Origin: Camelus dromedarius
Lineage: Eukaryota
NCBI RefSeq assembly: GCF_036321535.1
Contig: NC_087438.1
Span: 4,466,001 to 4,530,000 of the forward strand
Direction of reading: 5' to 3'
Length of the DNA stretch: 64,000 nt
Shown here: piece after piece, positions 1 through 15,206 of the stretch
Layout of the letters: every line of letters starts with the position of its first letter
How positions within the stretch are numbered: the first letter of the stretch is position 1
Program-made: the position numbers and the translations under genes
Notes under the pieces: generated by a model
Told to the model about the DNA's origin: nothing
What the model saw: only the letters and a program-made list of their open reading frames with translations
Database searches by the model: none

Positions 1-405
1 CAGAGCTACAAGCAGCTGCTGAAAAAAAGAAAAAAGGAAAGAAAAAGTGGAAAATACCCGAAGAGCCATCTGACTAAACTAGGGGGCCTCCTGGTCCCGG
101 TTTATGCGGCTTACACTGACTAGCAGTTAGCGCAACAGACATTAAAGCCAGGAAAGCAGAGAAAGACCACGTAACACACACGCCACGGGCCCGCAGGAGC
201 AAGGATGCTGTCACCCTGGGACCCCCAGTGGCAGCCAAGAGAGGACGACAAAGAGGCACCTAGTGTCTCAGTATTGTCCCGGTGATACTTCTGACCTCCA
301 GACCACACGGAGATGCTCTGGGCGAACAGAAAGGCAAGGGGGTAAATGAGCTGGAAGAACAGTAAAGCAAATGAAAATCGGGGCCTGAAAGTGGAAAGAA
401 ATCTA

Positions 406-810
<405 letters not shown>

Positions 811-1526
811 TCACTGTCTCTAGCATCCCACTCTCCCCAAAAAGAACTCATTTCTCAAACTCAGTGTGGCTTAAAGGGCGCTGGAGCTCCGCTCGCTGGA
901 CATGGACTTCTGACTTCACCCACTCCACCCAAAACCTCCAGGAGTTCCATCTGAGCACAGCTAGGTCTGGGGTCTGCGTTAACAGGTGTGGCTTCCCCCT
1001 CAACTGCTGCTCTGATGACACAGCTGAGGACACCCACCTCCTCCAGAGACGTTTTAGGAGAGATTTTTACAAATGCAGGCAAGTACCAGTTATCCACAGG
1101 ACAACGGAAGCGACCACTCTGGGGAACAGACACTGAATTTAACAAGCAAGGGATGAACCTGACACGCCATCCTGAGCACCTCTCCCCTATTCCACCTGGA
1201 AATCCCACCCAGACCCCCTGAGTCGGAAGCGAGGTGGGGAGCCCGGCCCCCGATCCTGAAGCTCAACTGAGTGGGCCACACTGGGGCTCACGGCCCAGAG
1301 CGCCCCATCCTCCCCACCTTTCCCTCTGGGTGGTCTTCCTTCTCTGGTTACCGGGCACCTGAAACGGAAGGGCTCAGCAAACACCTTCCGAAGTTCCACC
1401 CAGCTCTAACACGCACTTCAGAAGGAGCTAAATTAAAGACTATGGTTAAATGTGACCACGTGTGCACGTGGAACTCTACAGTAAACGTATCTAAATGAAG
1501 AATTTAAAAGGTTGAATTAATCCTTA

Positions 1527-1757
<231 letters not shown>

Positions 1758-1958
1758 TCAAGTCTCTGCCCTCCAGACGACAGCCAGCAGCATCCACGAT
1801 GCAGGTTCACAGGCACCGAACCGCATCCTACGCGGCAAGGACGCTCTCACCCAGGCCCGCCCCAGCCAAGGCACCACAGGGGCGCTCTGGGGTCCAACAT
1901 AATCTACAGGTGCTAGGCGGACACGAGGACACCAGGATTGGGACACAACCGTTTCTTA

Positions 1959-2159
<201 letters not shown>

Positions 2160-2918
2160 TTACACTCAGACTGCGACCCGCCCCACCCTGACGGCAGCTC
2201 ACAAACTCCACCCGAGTGACAGCAGCATTTTATGTGTAAAAGAGAGACACCAGGACTTTTTTAAAGCAAGTATTTTAAATCTGTTTGCCAGTATAAGCAG
2301 AATTCATGGGCACTGAGTCTAGTTTTGCTTGCTTCTCCAAAGGTTAAGCATTATTTGTCCTCACTTTCAGGCACGAACCAGGAAGCAGGACAGACCTGCA
2401 GACCGACTGCGGGCCGGCCGTGGGTGCCGACGGCAGAGCGTGCAAGGTCCCCCGGCGGTTACAGCGGAGGGCAGCACGCTGGCGGCAACTGTGTCAAGAC
2501 TCAGGCTCGATCACTCTGCTTTGTGGCCTCCCTCCCTGCGATCCAGGAGCCGCTGAGGCTTGTTATGCCAGGTCAGGCCAGGTCTGTGTCCCCTTCAGCC
2601 AGGCCTGGACAGCCTGTCACTCCCCCCACGGCCACAGGGAAGGAAGCAGAGCACAGGCGCCGGCTGGCGGAGGTGGGGGCGCCGTTCTGATTCTGAGCAG
2701 CAGAGCAGTCTTTACATTTTTATTCAAGAACTGGACTTGAAATGTAGGAAGAATACACTTCCCAAACTGCTTTTTCCACTTGTTTCTCCCTCGTAAGAAA
2801 TGGTTGGTTTTTGGAAAACTCAAAATTTAAATGAACCCCTCATCCCACACACACATTCTCGACCTGACCTCTGCCAGCTTTTGCCACAAATGCATGAAAA
2901 GACCGAATGGTGCGCTCA

Positions 2919-3068
<150 letters not shown>

Positions 3069-3354
3069 TTACCCTTTTTACCTGATCCAAAACACAATCT
3101 TTCGCTGTAAAGAGTCATGCAACCCTCACTCACAGCATGGCCAACGTGTAATCTGTGAAAAGTGAATGTGGTGCTCTATTCTACGTATCACCATTTAGGT
3201 TCAAAGCACTTTCACTGTTTACAAATGTTTGATGCCAGCAGTTAACAGGCTGGAGAAATCTCCCCTGCTGGAAAGCTCACCTATTGGGTCGGCCATGGGC
3301 ACAGCCAGGCCATGCAGGAATGCCAGGGGCCCCACTGCCTGCCCCCACAACTCA

Positions 3355-3717
<363 letters not shown>

Positions 3718-4045
3718 TCAACAGAAAAGTGACTGGTTTCATATTGGAAACAAAGCTTGAATCCCAGCCAAATAAAAGGAAAAAAAGCAAAGCTATACTT
3801 ATGGGATGAGAATAAACAAAGCTGCTTCTACCTGCAGAATGAAGACAGGAAAACTTTTCCACTGCCAGACAAAAATATTTATACAATCTTGCTAATTTGC
3901 CATTCAACAGAATTTTGAAGTTGATTCTAAGCCATATAACCCAATGTACTATTCACTCAAGTTACCCAAATGTGGACGCTTTAAAACTTCCACAATTCTA
4001 ACAAGTCTACTTCAGCTGACCTGCTCTTCTGAGCCAGGGTCCTCA

Positions 4046-4177
<132 letters not shown>

Positions 4178-5909
4178 CTACAGAAGACCACGAACGGCAG
4201 GATTCTGTTTACAGGAAGCGTCCGGGGAGGGCAGGCCCGTCAGACAGAGGGCAGACCCGCGGTTCCCAGGGCAAGGCAGACAGGGAGTGACTGCACGTGT
4301 GCACGGGAGCTTCCTGAGGGGATGGAAATGCTCTAAGACAGGGCCGTGGGGAGGGACACACGGCGACGCAGCGAAGTCACCAGCGCTCACCCAACTGCAC
4401 ACTTAGAACAAGTGAGCGTCATGGCCCATAAATGACAGCACGGCGGAGTAAAGCTGGTGAAGTGAGGGGCTGCACAGCCCCCCCAAGCACCCCAGAGAGG
4501 CTCCACAGCAAGGGCAGCCCGTCCACGACGCAGGGCGAGGGCCCCCAGAGCTCGGCCCCCCTTGGTTTCCAGACACACACCCGTGAGATGGTTTGTGTCT
4601 TCGTGCCTTTATGTCCAACATCCCAGAAGCAAAAAGCAACATTTAAAGTCAACTGTAGACATTTTTAAACATTCAGTTTTAGGCCCAAGTTAGCTTTCTA
4701 TCAGGACTGCCCATCAGGACAATAGTCCTGTTTTAAAAACACTGGTCCACACTAGAACTATTACAAGAAGCTGTAAGCTGGGACCACTGCAGGAAATCTC
4801 TCAGATGAACGACCATCCACAGCCGCGGACAGAGCCGACAGCCTCGGGAGGAGGGAAATCCGACAAAGCTCCAAGCAAGCTGTGAAAAATGCAGGCGATC
4901 ATGAAAGCAAAGCGCAAGAATCCCCAAGGTGGAGGCCCCACGGCGAGACACCCTCGACAGACACTCCCCTGACCGCCACTATTACACCCAAACAGTCTGG
5001 CTTTACACGCAGCACTAAGCAGCAGCCCAAGTGTCCAGAAGCTGGTCTCCTCCGCAGCACCGCCCGGCTCGGCGGTGCCTCCCTGCGGCACACGCGGGCC
5101 AGGAGCGGCTGGCGCTGGCCCAGCCTCCGCAGGCTGTGTATTGGCCACCCTTTCCCGGCTCCGCCCGAGGACTTCCAGGGGAGGACCACATTCCCTCCAG
5201 TCAAAATCCCCACAACCCAGAGGACAAGGCCCAGCAAAGGCCTACTCTCCGATGAAGCCGTGTCCACGCACGATGCCTCTGACAGAGGAGAGCTGAGGCA
5301 TCTACAGTGCGGTCTGAACAACCACGTGCAGAGAGACAGCGGTGAGAGCAACACTCAAGACGGGAAAGCCACCTGCCCGGTAAGAAAATAATCAAAGAGC
5401 AGGACACTCGGGGTTACGTTCACTGTGAAATGACACCACCCACAGTCTCCCTCACATGCCTTCAGGAATAAAGTGCCAGCAAAGACGTGGAGATTACGAC
5501 CATCCAAAACACGTGATTCAGAAATCATGTCTGTGTAAGTACAGCAAAACCAACAACACATTAAACTCAGGTCTAAAGGATCCCACCAGTGCTAACAGTG
5601 AGAGGGCCGACGACACAGCACAGCTCGGTCAGCCGCGAGGAGAACCCCCCTGGAAGCCCAGATGGTCGTGGGTGCCGCCCCAGGAAATGCACACGTGTTT
5701 CAACTGTTATGTTTCAACTTGCTTCACACATAAGTAGAAAACTTTGTAGCATTCTATGCTGGAAACGTAGTTAGTTTGAAATTTCCCATTATTTGCTTTA
5801 AGACGAATTTGATAGAAAAGGTTAATTTCAGTGAAAACAAAAGGAGAAATAATACTGAACATCAAAACGTGAAAACTGCTGTTTCAGAACATTTCATACA
5901 ATCTGGTCC

Positions 5910-6712
5910 CTCAGTACAGACAGTGTGATAAGAACTCACACCCACTAGGATGGCTACTACCAAACAAACAAACAGAAAACCAGCGCTGGTGTGGAGAAAC
6001 TGGAACTCCTGTGCACTGTTGGTGGGAATGTAAACGGTGCAGCTGCTGTGGAAAACAGGAAGGTGGGCCCTCAAAAAGACAACACAGATATGCCAAAGGA
6101 TGCAACAATTCCACTTGTGTATACCCCTGAAAGTCCCTGAGGGCAGGGACTCAAGGAGTCATCTGTGCACGTTCACAGCAGAGTTACTCACAACAGCTAA
6201 AATGCGGGAGCAACCCAACTGTCCCTCGATAGATGAACGGATAAAGAAACCACGTTCTGTACAGACAGTGGAGTACTTCCAGCCTTCTTTAGAAAGGAAG
6301 GACGTTCTGATACATGATATATGATATATGATACATGATATACGATACATGATATACATGATATAGAAAGGAAGGACATTCTGATACATGACATAATACG
6401 GATAAACCTCGAGGACGTTATCCTAAATGAAATGCGCTAGTCAGTCACAAAAAGACACACACTGCATGCTTCCACTCGTGCGAGACCCCTAGAGTGGTCA
6501 AACTCAGAGACAGAACACAGCGGTGCGGAGGGGATACTGGGGAGTTGTTCAACGGGTCCAGAATTGCGGTTCTGCAAGATGAAGAGCTCTGGAAATTGCC
6601 TACACAACAATATGAATGTACTTAACACCGCTGAACTGTGTATTTAAAAATTGTTAAGATGGTAAATTTAAAGTTATGTGCATTTTACCATCAAATTTAG
6701 GAAAAAAAAAAC
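5910..6712 (+). mobile_element. Old L1 (L1M-type) 3' end fragment in NSUN2 intron 9
   Basis: Typical L1 ORF2-end/3'UTR phrases (GGTGTGGAGAAACTGGAACTC...GGTGGGAATGTAAA; TGAACTGTGTATTTAAAAATTGTTAAGATGG) ending in an A-run. Confidence 0.8.
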
Positions 6713-6948
6713 AGTGCAATGAGGATCTGCTACAGTCTTTCAAGCTTAGAGAAGTAAAAAGGGCAAACCTTGTAATTCATGAAATACAACAAATACATTA
6801 TATACATGTTTTAAATCAGGGATACCTCATTTTAGGGTTTATAGGCTAATCATATATGCAAATATGGAAGAGGTCTATAGGAAAATACATTAGAGCAATT
6901 TAAAAGGCATTTTCAACAAATGTGTCCCTAAAATGTACACAGTATTCA

Positions 6949-7200
<252 letters not shown>

Positions 7201-8194
7201 TTACGGGCACCTATCACAGCATGTGTTTATCACAAATCCTATGACAGACTTAAGATATAAAATACTCCAGACAAAACAAGTCCCATGTTAAAAAAAAAGA
7301 AAAAACCAAGCAAAACTTTAGGGTTCTAAACAAGTTAGAATAAACCTATACAAGATGTTCCACCTTAATTTTAAAAAAGCATCTATTTATATAAACACTG
7401 TTACTACTCTGTTAACCATTCCCAACACGTCAACAAGCAAAGCGTAAAGCTCATTAACAAGGAACTCAATATACTGGCTCAATTCCACTATTTAAAAGGC
7501 CTCCATACTTATAAAATATTTGATTTTTTTTCTATGAATAGTTTGTATCCTGTAGTAATTCTATCCTAAATGCCTGTTTCTTGAAAACAGTAGTTAAGTT
7601 TTTAACAGAGAAACAAAATTTCCTCCTAGAGTTATTTATGGTGAATATTCATTAGTACACGTTACATCACCCTGCCCTGAATTTGTATAATTTTAATGGT
7701 AAATGAGAAAAAAGAACACAGCTCTACAGACAGTACATTCAAAGCAGGTACTTTAAGCACTAGAGGCATCACAGGAATTATCTTTGAGGTATAAGATTTT
7801 CTTTTCCCTTTAAACAAATTTTCTGTAAAGACAACCAAAAAATATTTCTAGGAGATCAAAATGTTGAGCAAAATAATTTAACACAAAATAATTAAACACG
7901 AAGTGGAGAAATATTAGTAAGAAATGATCATTTCATGGAAAGCATATTTGAAATGTTACAGGAAATTTTTATAAAAGGTGTTTTCAATAAATGTGTACCT
8001 AAAATGTACAGTCTTCAATTTACTACTCTTGAAAGGTTTTAGAAACAACTGACAAATAAGCAAACCCTCACGAAGGTGGCCACTGACTCTGTGGCTCGCG
8101 GTCGGGCAGCTGGAGTTCTGGGTGCTCAGGTAACCACCTTCAACCTTCGCCACCTCTCAGCCCGACAGCGCTGCCAGGCATGCGGCCGCACTCA

Positions 8195-8395
<201 letters not shown>

Positions 8396-10053
8396 TCACA
8401 AACGACAATAAACTTTCTATTTCTGTTTTGGAGCCACTCTAATATACGTTAAACTTCCTAATTATACTTTGATTTCAATTCAGTAAGGAAATAAAGATTT
8501 GAGAAGGAAACCTCACTCAACACTTGAGAGAGTAACTTGCTTCTATTTGAAATACTAGCAAAACAAACCTACAGACCCAGGACAAGAACCACGAATACAT
8601 ACAAAGCATTTGATCCTGCTACTTAGAAACTCAGCTAACCAACAGCAGCGTTTTAATCAGAATTACATGAATGATGATAAACTTACAAGGGACTTCCACA
8701 GCAAATTCAATTAAGCCAATTTAATTTCTTTACCAAGATATTTGTATATATCACAGTTAAACATTCTTAAATTTCTGTTTTTATTTAAAGGGGTGATTAT
8801 GTCCATATACATTATAACACAGAGTTGATCAATTAATTGTTCTGTCCATGTCTGATTTTATCTACTGAGATTTTTTGGAATAATTCCTGTGTCTGCTGCC
8901 TTTCTCTGTAAAAGTCAATTTTCCTTGATTTCTAGCCACATGTCCTGAAGCTGAAGGGCCTGCAGGACGAACTGCCCTATGAGACATGAGGGCTTTCAAA
9001 CGGCACCCCTGCTTGTCCTGCTTGTGTGGTGGTGGCTGGAACTCTACCATAATTTGAGGAATTTCTTCACCTCACAACTCAGAGCTCATGAGGTCATGTC
9101 ATTCTCACAATATATTTCTGATCAACAGAATATAGTAGTGGGAAATTATCTGATCCAAAGGAAAGTGAAAAAACTGCAATCTCAAAAGAACAGAACGTAG
9201 CTCATGACTTCATCTGATTTTTCTGTAATGGGGAGTTCTCCCAGGCAATCGACACGTGGTCACACTCAGCGCTGCCAGCTACGACTTTCAAACTGAGCTC
9301 TGCCACCAGCAGTAAACCTGCCCCTTGTTTAAATAAGATGGGATTTAATAACGATGGGTCAGATTTAAACCCTGGTTCATGTAACCAAGTCCTGTGGCAG
9401 CTCCTGTGCTACCGTCTCGACAAAGTCGTGTGTTCAGAAAGCATCAAACACTGCGACATCCCCGCCTACGCCACTGCCTCCAGGAACTTCACAGACGTCT
9501 TTAACATTCTTCTTTTCTTTTGGAAAAATTCAGCTATTCAGCTATGCCATGAAATTCTTTCATAGTTAAGCTATAAACATCCAAAATTAGTATGAAAAAT
9601 TTAACAAAAGGTATGTGTACAAATACACATGAGTTTTCCCAAGGTCTGACCTCCTGAACTGCACTGTGCCAAATAGCATGAGACCGACCATCAGAACCCA
9701 ACGTGATCACGTATGAGTCATGGCCAAGCGCCGTCCATCCTCACTGCAAGTCCGACGATTACACTCCCCGGGACAAGCAGGTCACTGGCAGCACCGACAC
9801 CAAGACGCCCCTGACCAGAGCGTACGATGCTACCTCCCCTCAGGTGTTTTCTTTCTCTCTCTTCTAAGACTATCAAAACCACCTCTTTCCGATCTCTTTG
9901 TTCTGTGTTGTCAGCTGTCCAGTTTATCACTGAAGCCCAGTGTCTGTCTTCTGATTTAGGCTCACAATGTCTCTCTCTTCAAGTCAGTTGCCCCAAGATT
10001 CATACATGCAATTACCTGAGTGTTCTGTTCACGTGTAGCTTCATTTTAGACTA

Positions 10054-10320
<267 letters not shown>

Positions 10321-11379
10321 TCAGGTGAAAGGCAGTGTGAGCGGAACAACTCCCTGAAGTACCTAACCTAGGTCGGCAGGTGAGAAGGGCAACCCACCAA
10401 ACCTAAGACCGAGCTTAAGATTTACTATAACTACAGAAGCAGTCCAGAAGGAGCCAGGTGGCTCGGCGTGAATCTTACAGCCACTTAAAATTTCAAAACT
10501 TCAGAATTCATCTGTTCAACAATTATTCGCTTTGTACCAATTATTGTGCCAAAAATGACTTTTCTATTACTAGTAATAAGTAAAAAGGAGGGTGAAGAGA
10601 GAAAGATGTGGAAGACAACCGCATCAGTGACAAATGATTACAACAGTGCATGTGTGCTGGGCTCTGTCCTAGACTCCGTGCATCAGACCCACGGGGCGGG
10701 GCCGAGGCTCCGCGAGGCCCCGCGTCAGCCTGCTGGGGGTGGGGGGCGGGTCAGCACCCGGGCTAAGGGCACTGCTGGCAGGTTTGCTGAGCACCGCCTC
10801 CGTCACCACCAGCAAAAAGGCAGATGACAAACATGCCTAATAATGTTTTGATCAATAGGACTTTTCAAACAATATGAAACATAAAATATTAATAATAGGA
10901 CGAAGCTCTCTTCTACCAATTCTGGAGAAAGCACTTAAAAGTAGGGAAGAATACAGAAAACTTTTTAGGAAAGATTTACCACAGTAAAGAGGACTTTTGA
11001 AAAAACACAGCCAATAAGCATTAAAGCAGAACTAGAGCAGCTGGCCGGAAAAAAAGGCAGCAGGAGGGGACAAGGGTAGACTGAAGCATTAGAAGACTAA
11101 CGCCGCCACGAACAGCTACGCTCCTTACAAGGATCCCTAGAGGAGCATCAGCGGCACTGTCAGCTGCCGTTCCCTGAGCACTTCGCAACCTCACATGCTG
11201 TCCTGCAAGCTCAGGCCTGAGGCCCCACGTCACTACAACGAAGGCCCCCTCCCCACAGTGACGCGTGGCCCGAGTACGAGTGACGGGGCGCACAGCGTCC
11301 AGCTCTACCTTCAGAGACCGAAAACCCGCCTGCTTGACACAGGAGGCGCCAGGCCATGTTATGCCCGTTTCCTTGTCTA

Positions 11380-11556
<177 letters not shown>

Positions 11557-12259
11557 TTAAATTTATAACAACTTAACATTATTTTTTCATTTCTATTTGA
11601 AGACTTAAATACATTTCTTCATACAATGAATTTAGAGCACGTTATACTTACCTTACAGGGCTCTCATGATATATAATGCCCCCAAACCACAGAAGGACAG
11701 ATAGGGGACTCCATAGGGGACAGGAAGACAATGGCCCTTAATGGCCGATTAAGTGAACACAGGAAACCCAGGATGAGCACAGACAGCAAACGCGAGCAGC
11801 ACGGTCACATAACACCAAGGCGCAGAGCTGGCTGGGCTCACGTCTCAGCTCAGCCTCGGACGACGAGCTCGGCACCCGAGGCCAGTTCCCTCCACTTTCC
11901 TCTGCCACCTTCACCCCATCTGGAAAAATGGGGACGGTGGCAGCATCTTCTCTCACAGGGATGTGCGCGTAATAAAGCGAACTCATTAGTCGAAAGAACC
12001 CAGAGCACTGCTCTCCATACATGTGATTTTCAACCTGACTTAGTCAATCAGGAACACTGAGGACAATCTGGGTAGTAGGTAAACAAATGAATAAACTTGA
12101 ACAGCTATCTGAGTTGCAAAAATTGCAAAAGGAACTTAAATTAAATATGTATCACTCTCCATTATACCCAAAGCAAAAAGGGGCAAAAAAGACGATATTA
12201 AGGAAAAAAGGTCTCAACAAAACAGACCCTGGCAGCAGCTTACCCACTGCGATTTTCTA

Positions 12260-12364
<105 letters not shown>

Positions 12365-14761
12365 TTAAAAACCAGCTGTGACATTCAAAAAGGCGAAAAT
12401 TTCAATACTGGGCATTATTTCCAACGCAATAGGAAAAAACCACAGAGTCATACACAGAACAGAACAGTCAGTACTGTCACACAAACAGTAAATAAGACAG
12501 ATCTGTACACTTGTGGATAAACGGCTGCTGCCTAAAGGCTAAGTAAGGATGATGATGGATACCAAAACTTAGCATCAGAATGTTAGAAGTTCGAGTGTGA
12601 CAACCAAGTTCTGTAAAAGAAAGTACAGCAGCTGGATGAGCATCTCAAGGGCAGGCGATGCTACTGAAACACCTTCAACCGCAGGGAGCAGCCCCAGGGG
12701 CCCAGCACAGAAGGTCACTGTCAGGGCGCTTTCCCTCCTGGCTGAAGCCCTAACTTCTATTTGTAGTCTCCTGTTCCCGGGAACAGCTCATGCCTGCCTC
12801 CTGTTCCCGAGAAGTGCCTCTCAGAAGGATGAAGACATCAACCACTGCTCCTCTCCTTCCTCGTGGAGGACAAGCAGCACTGAACCGACCATCCTCCCCA
12901 CCTTCACTGCAGGGTCAGCAGGTCTGTTAAAATGTACGACTGTTCAGATTCAGACAAATTTTCTTGGTGAAATCCAGCACTTGTCTCAACCACAACTCTA
13001 TTTTAACAGCCTTAGGACTGAACATTTAAAAAAAAAAAAAAAGCTGTGAAAACCACCTGAACCACCAGGCTTCAGCTCTATTACAATCTGGGTCTCCTGC
13101 ACTTGAACAGCCATCCAAGCCGCGTCACTCACCTGATACTTCGCAATTGGCTATCGGAACCTAAACACAGGCTTCCTTCCAGTCACACCCGTTAATTTTC
13201 ACCTCATGGGTTTCTGGCCAGCAAAGCACCTTTGTGACGATTAAACTGTGATGGACTCGGCAGGCACTGATTCCAAGCTCTGGGTTATACTTGTGATTCT
13301 GATAAGCCTGCCTTCTGTTTTCACCCAAGTTTTCAATTAACGCATTAACGGGGGATGGGGCTGTTGGGCCCTTGGCTAGACACCCTGGCAGTCAGTCACT
13401 GCATTCATAAACGCTCTCTGCAGCCAGGTCTCAATAACCCAGAAAGTATCTCATCCTGCTGACTCCAGTCAAAAATCTGGACAGGTTCCCTATAACACAC
13501 GTCCCAATGCTAAACTCCCGTGTCCTACACCTTTCAGAGCTGCCCCAACCTGGCTCTGCACAAGCTGCCCGACTATGCATGCCCCTGCCCTCTGCAAGCC
13601 GTCTGCTCTTTTGAAGTCCAAACCTAAACTGTTCTCCGACAGCTCACATATCCCTACCCGACCCTCCAACTAGTTGTAGAGCTGAGCCAGAGAACCCCTC
13701 CTGTGTGGGCCCAAGTACAGAGCCGCTGCGTGGAGGTGCTGAGGTCCGTTTATTCCTTACCTTGGGGAGGGGAGGGGAGGGGAGGCAGAAAACCGGGCAG
13801 AGGAGCCTGGAAAGCCACACCAAGCGGAAACGGCCGTGGACTGAGCAGACGTTAGACCTGAGTGAGGGGAGGGTCTCTAAGCTGGTTACGGTGTCAAGGG
13901 AAGGAAGGCGGGGAGCACACCAGTCCTGTTGGGGTGAAGACGGCAGCTCAGAGTGGGAAAGAAATTAAAGACTGCCTGGTGACACACAGAGGCTTCCTTG
14001 GCTAGGAAAAGGAGATCAGAGAACAGGAAGGGGGAGCTTCTGATTTTAAATATGAGACTATTAAGAATCCCCAAGAAAAGAAACTGCAAAGCTCACAACA
14101 TCCAAACCTGACAGGCATTCATTCAATCATGTACCGCGTGAGGGGACAGTTACTTTGTTGGGGAAGATTTGATGCTAAAGGTGAGAAGTTCAGTGTCTGA
14201 ACTGCAATCAAGGACTTTGTATGGCAAAGGAGTTGGGGTGAAGACAGATAATGGCTTTGTGAGAACCAAAGTTGTCACAATTGGGTGTTGTTTGTTTGGC
14301 AAAGGTGGAATTAGACAAGAGCAGGAAAAAACAGAAATGTTAAAAATGAGTTTAAGTCTCACTTTAATAAAACAACACGGCCCTAAAAATGTATTACTTT
14401 TTCTGCAGGAATGGCAGCCAGCCGGCAGGCGCACCTAAGAAGGATGTGAGGGGGAAAGAGCAGCGGCTCCTCAGTGAGACCCCACCCAGCAGAGCACTGC
14501 TCCCACCTCAGGGCGGCAGTCACCCAAACCCAGACTGGCTAGAAACAAAAAGCCACACAGACAACTGTGATGGCATCCTCCCGACATCTCATGATTAGAT
14601 GAGCCAAACAAAAAACAGCTATGCAAATGATCAGAAGTGAGGGGCACACACACTCACAGGTGTATCTCTGCATGCCCTTATCTACCTAATTGCTCCCAGT
14701 GGCAAGTATGATCCAAATGAAACCATGACACTAGTGTGCATTTAAAGCTTCAAGGAAACCA

Positions 14762-15006
14762 GGGTGGGCAGGGATAAACTGGGAGGTCGGGGTTTGAAGA
14801 GACACACTAATATATACATAAAATAGATAAAACAACAGGGTCATACTATATAGCGCAAGAAACTATAACTAATACTTTGTAACGGCCTGTGATGAAAATG
14901 AATATGAAAAGGGATTATATATGCATAAATGAATCACTATGCTGTACACCAGAAATTAACACATTATAAATCAACTGTACTTCAATAAAAAAAAAAAAAT
15001 AAAATT
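14762..15006 (+). mobile_element. 5'-truncated L1 3'UTR insertion with 17-bp TSD
   Basis: L1 3'UTR text, AATAAA and poly-A; AAGCTTCAAGGAAACCA at 14745-14761 and 15007-15023. Confidence 0.88.
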
Positions 15007-15032
15007 AAGCTTCAAGGAAACCAACAAATCTA

Positions 15033-15206
<174 letters not shown>

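Noticed and set aside
6290..6391. CRISPR-like repeat-spacer pattern
   Set aside because: Only two copies, inside a mammalian L1, and the spacer is a microsatellite.
12860..14350. Probable L2 fragments (also ~9650-10010, ~49500-50100) and very old L1 pieces (~31250-31620, ~43200-44200)
   Set aside because: Too degraded to give boundaries or families by eye, so not listed as features.
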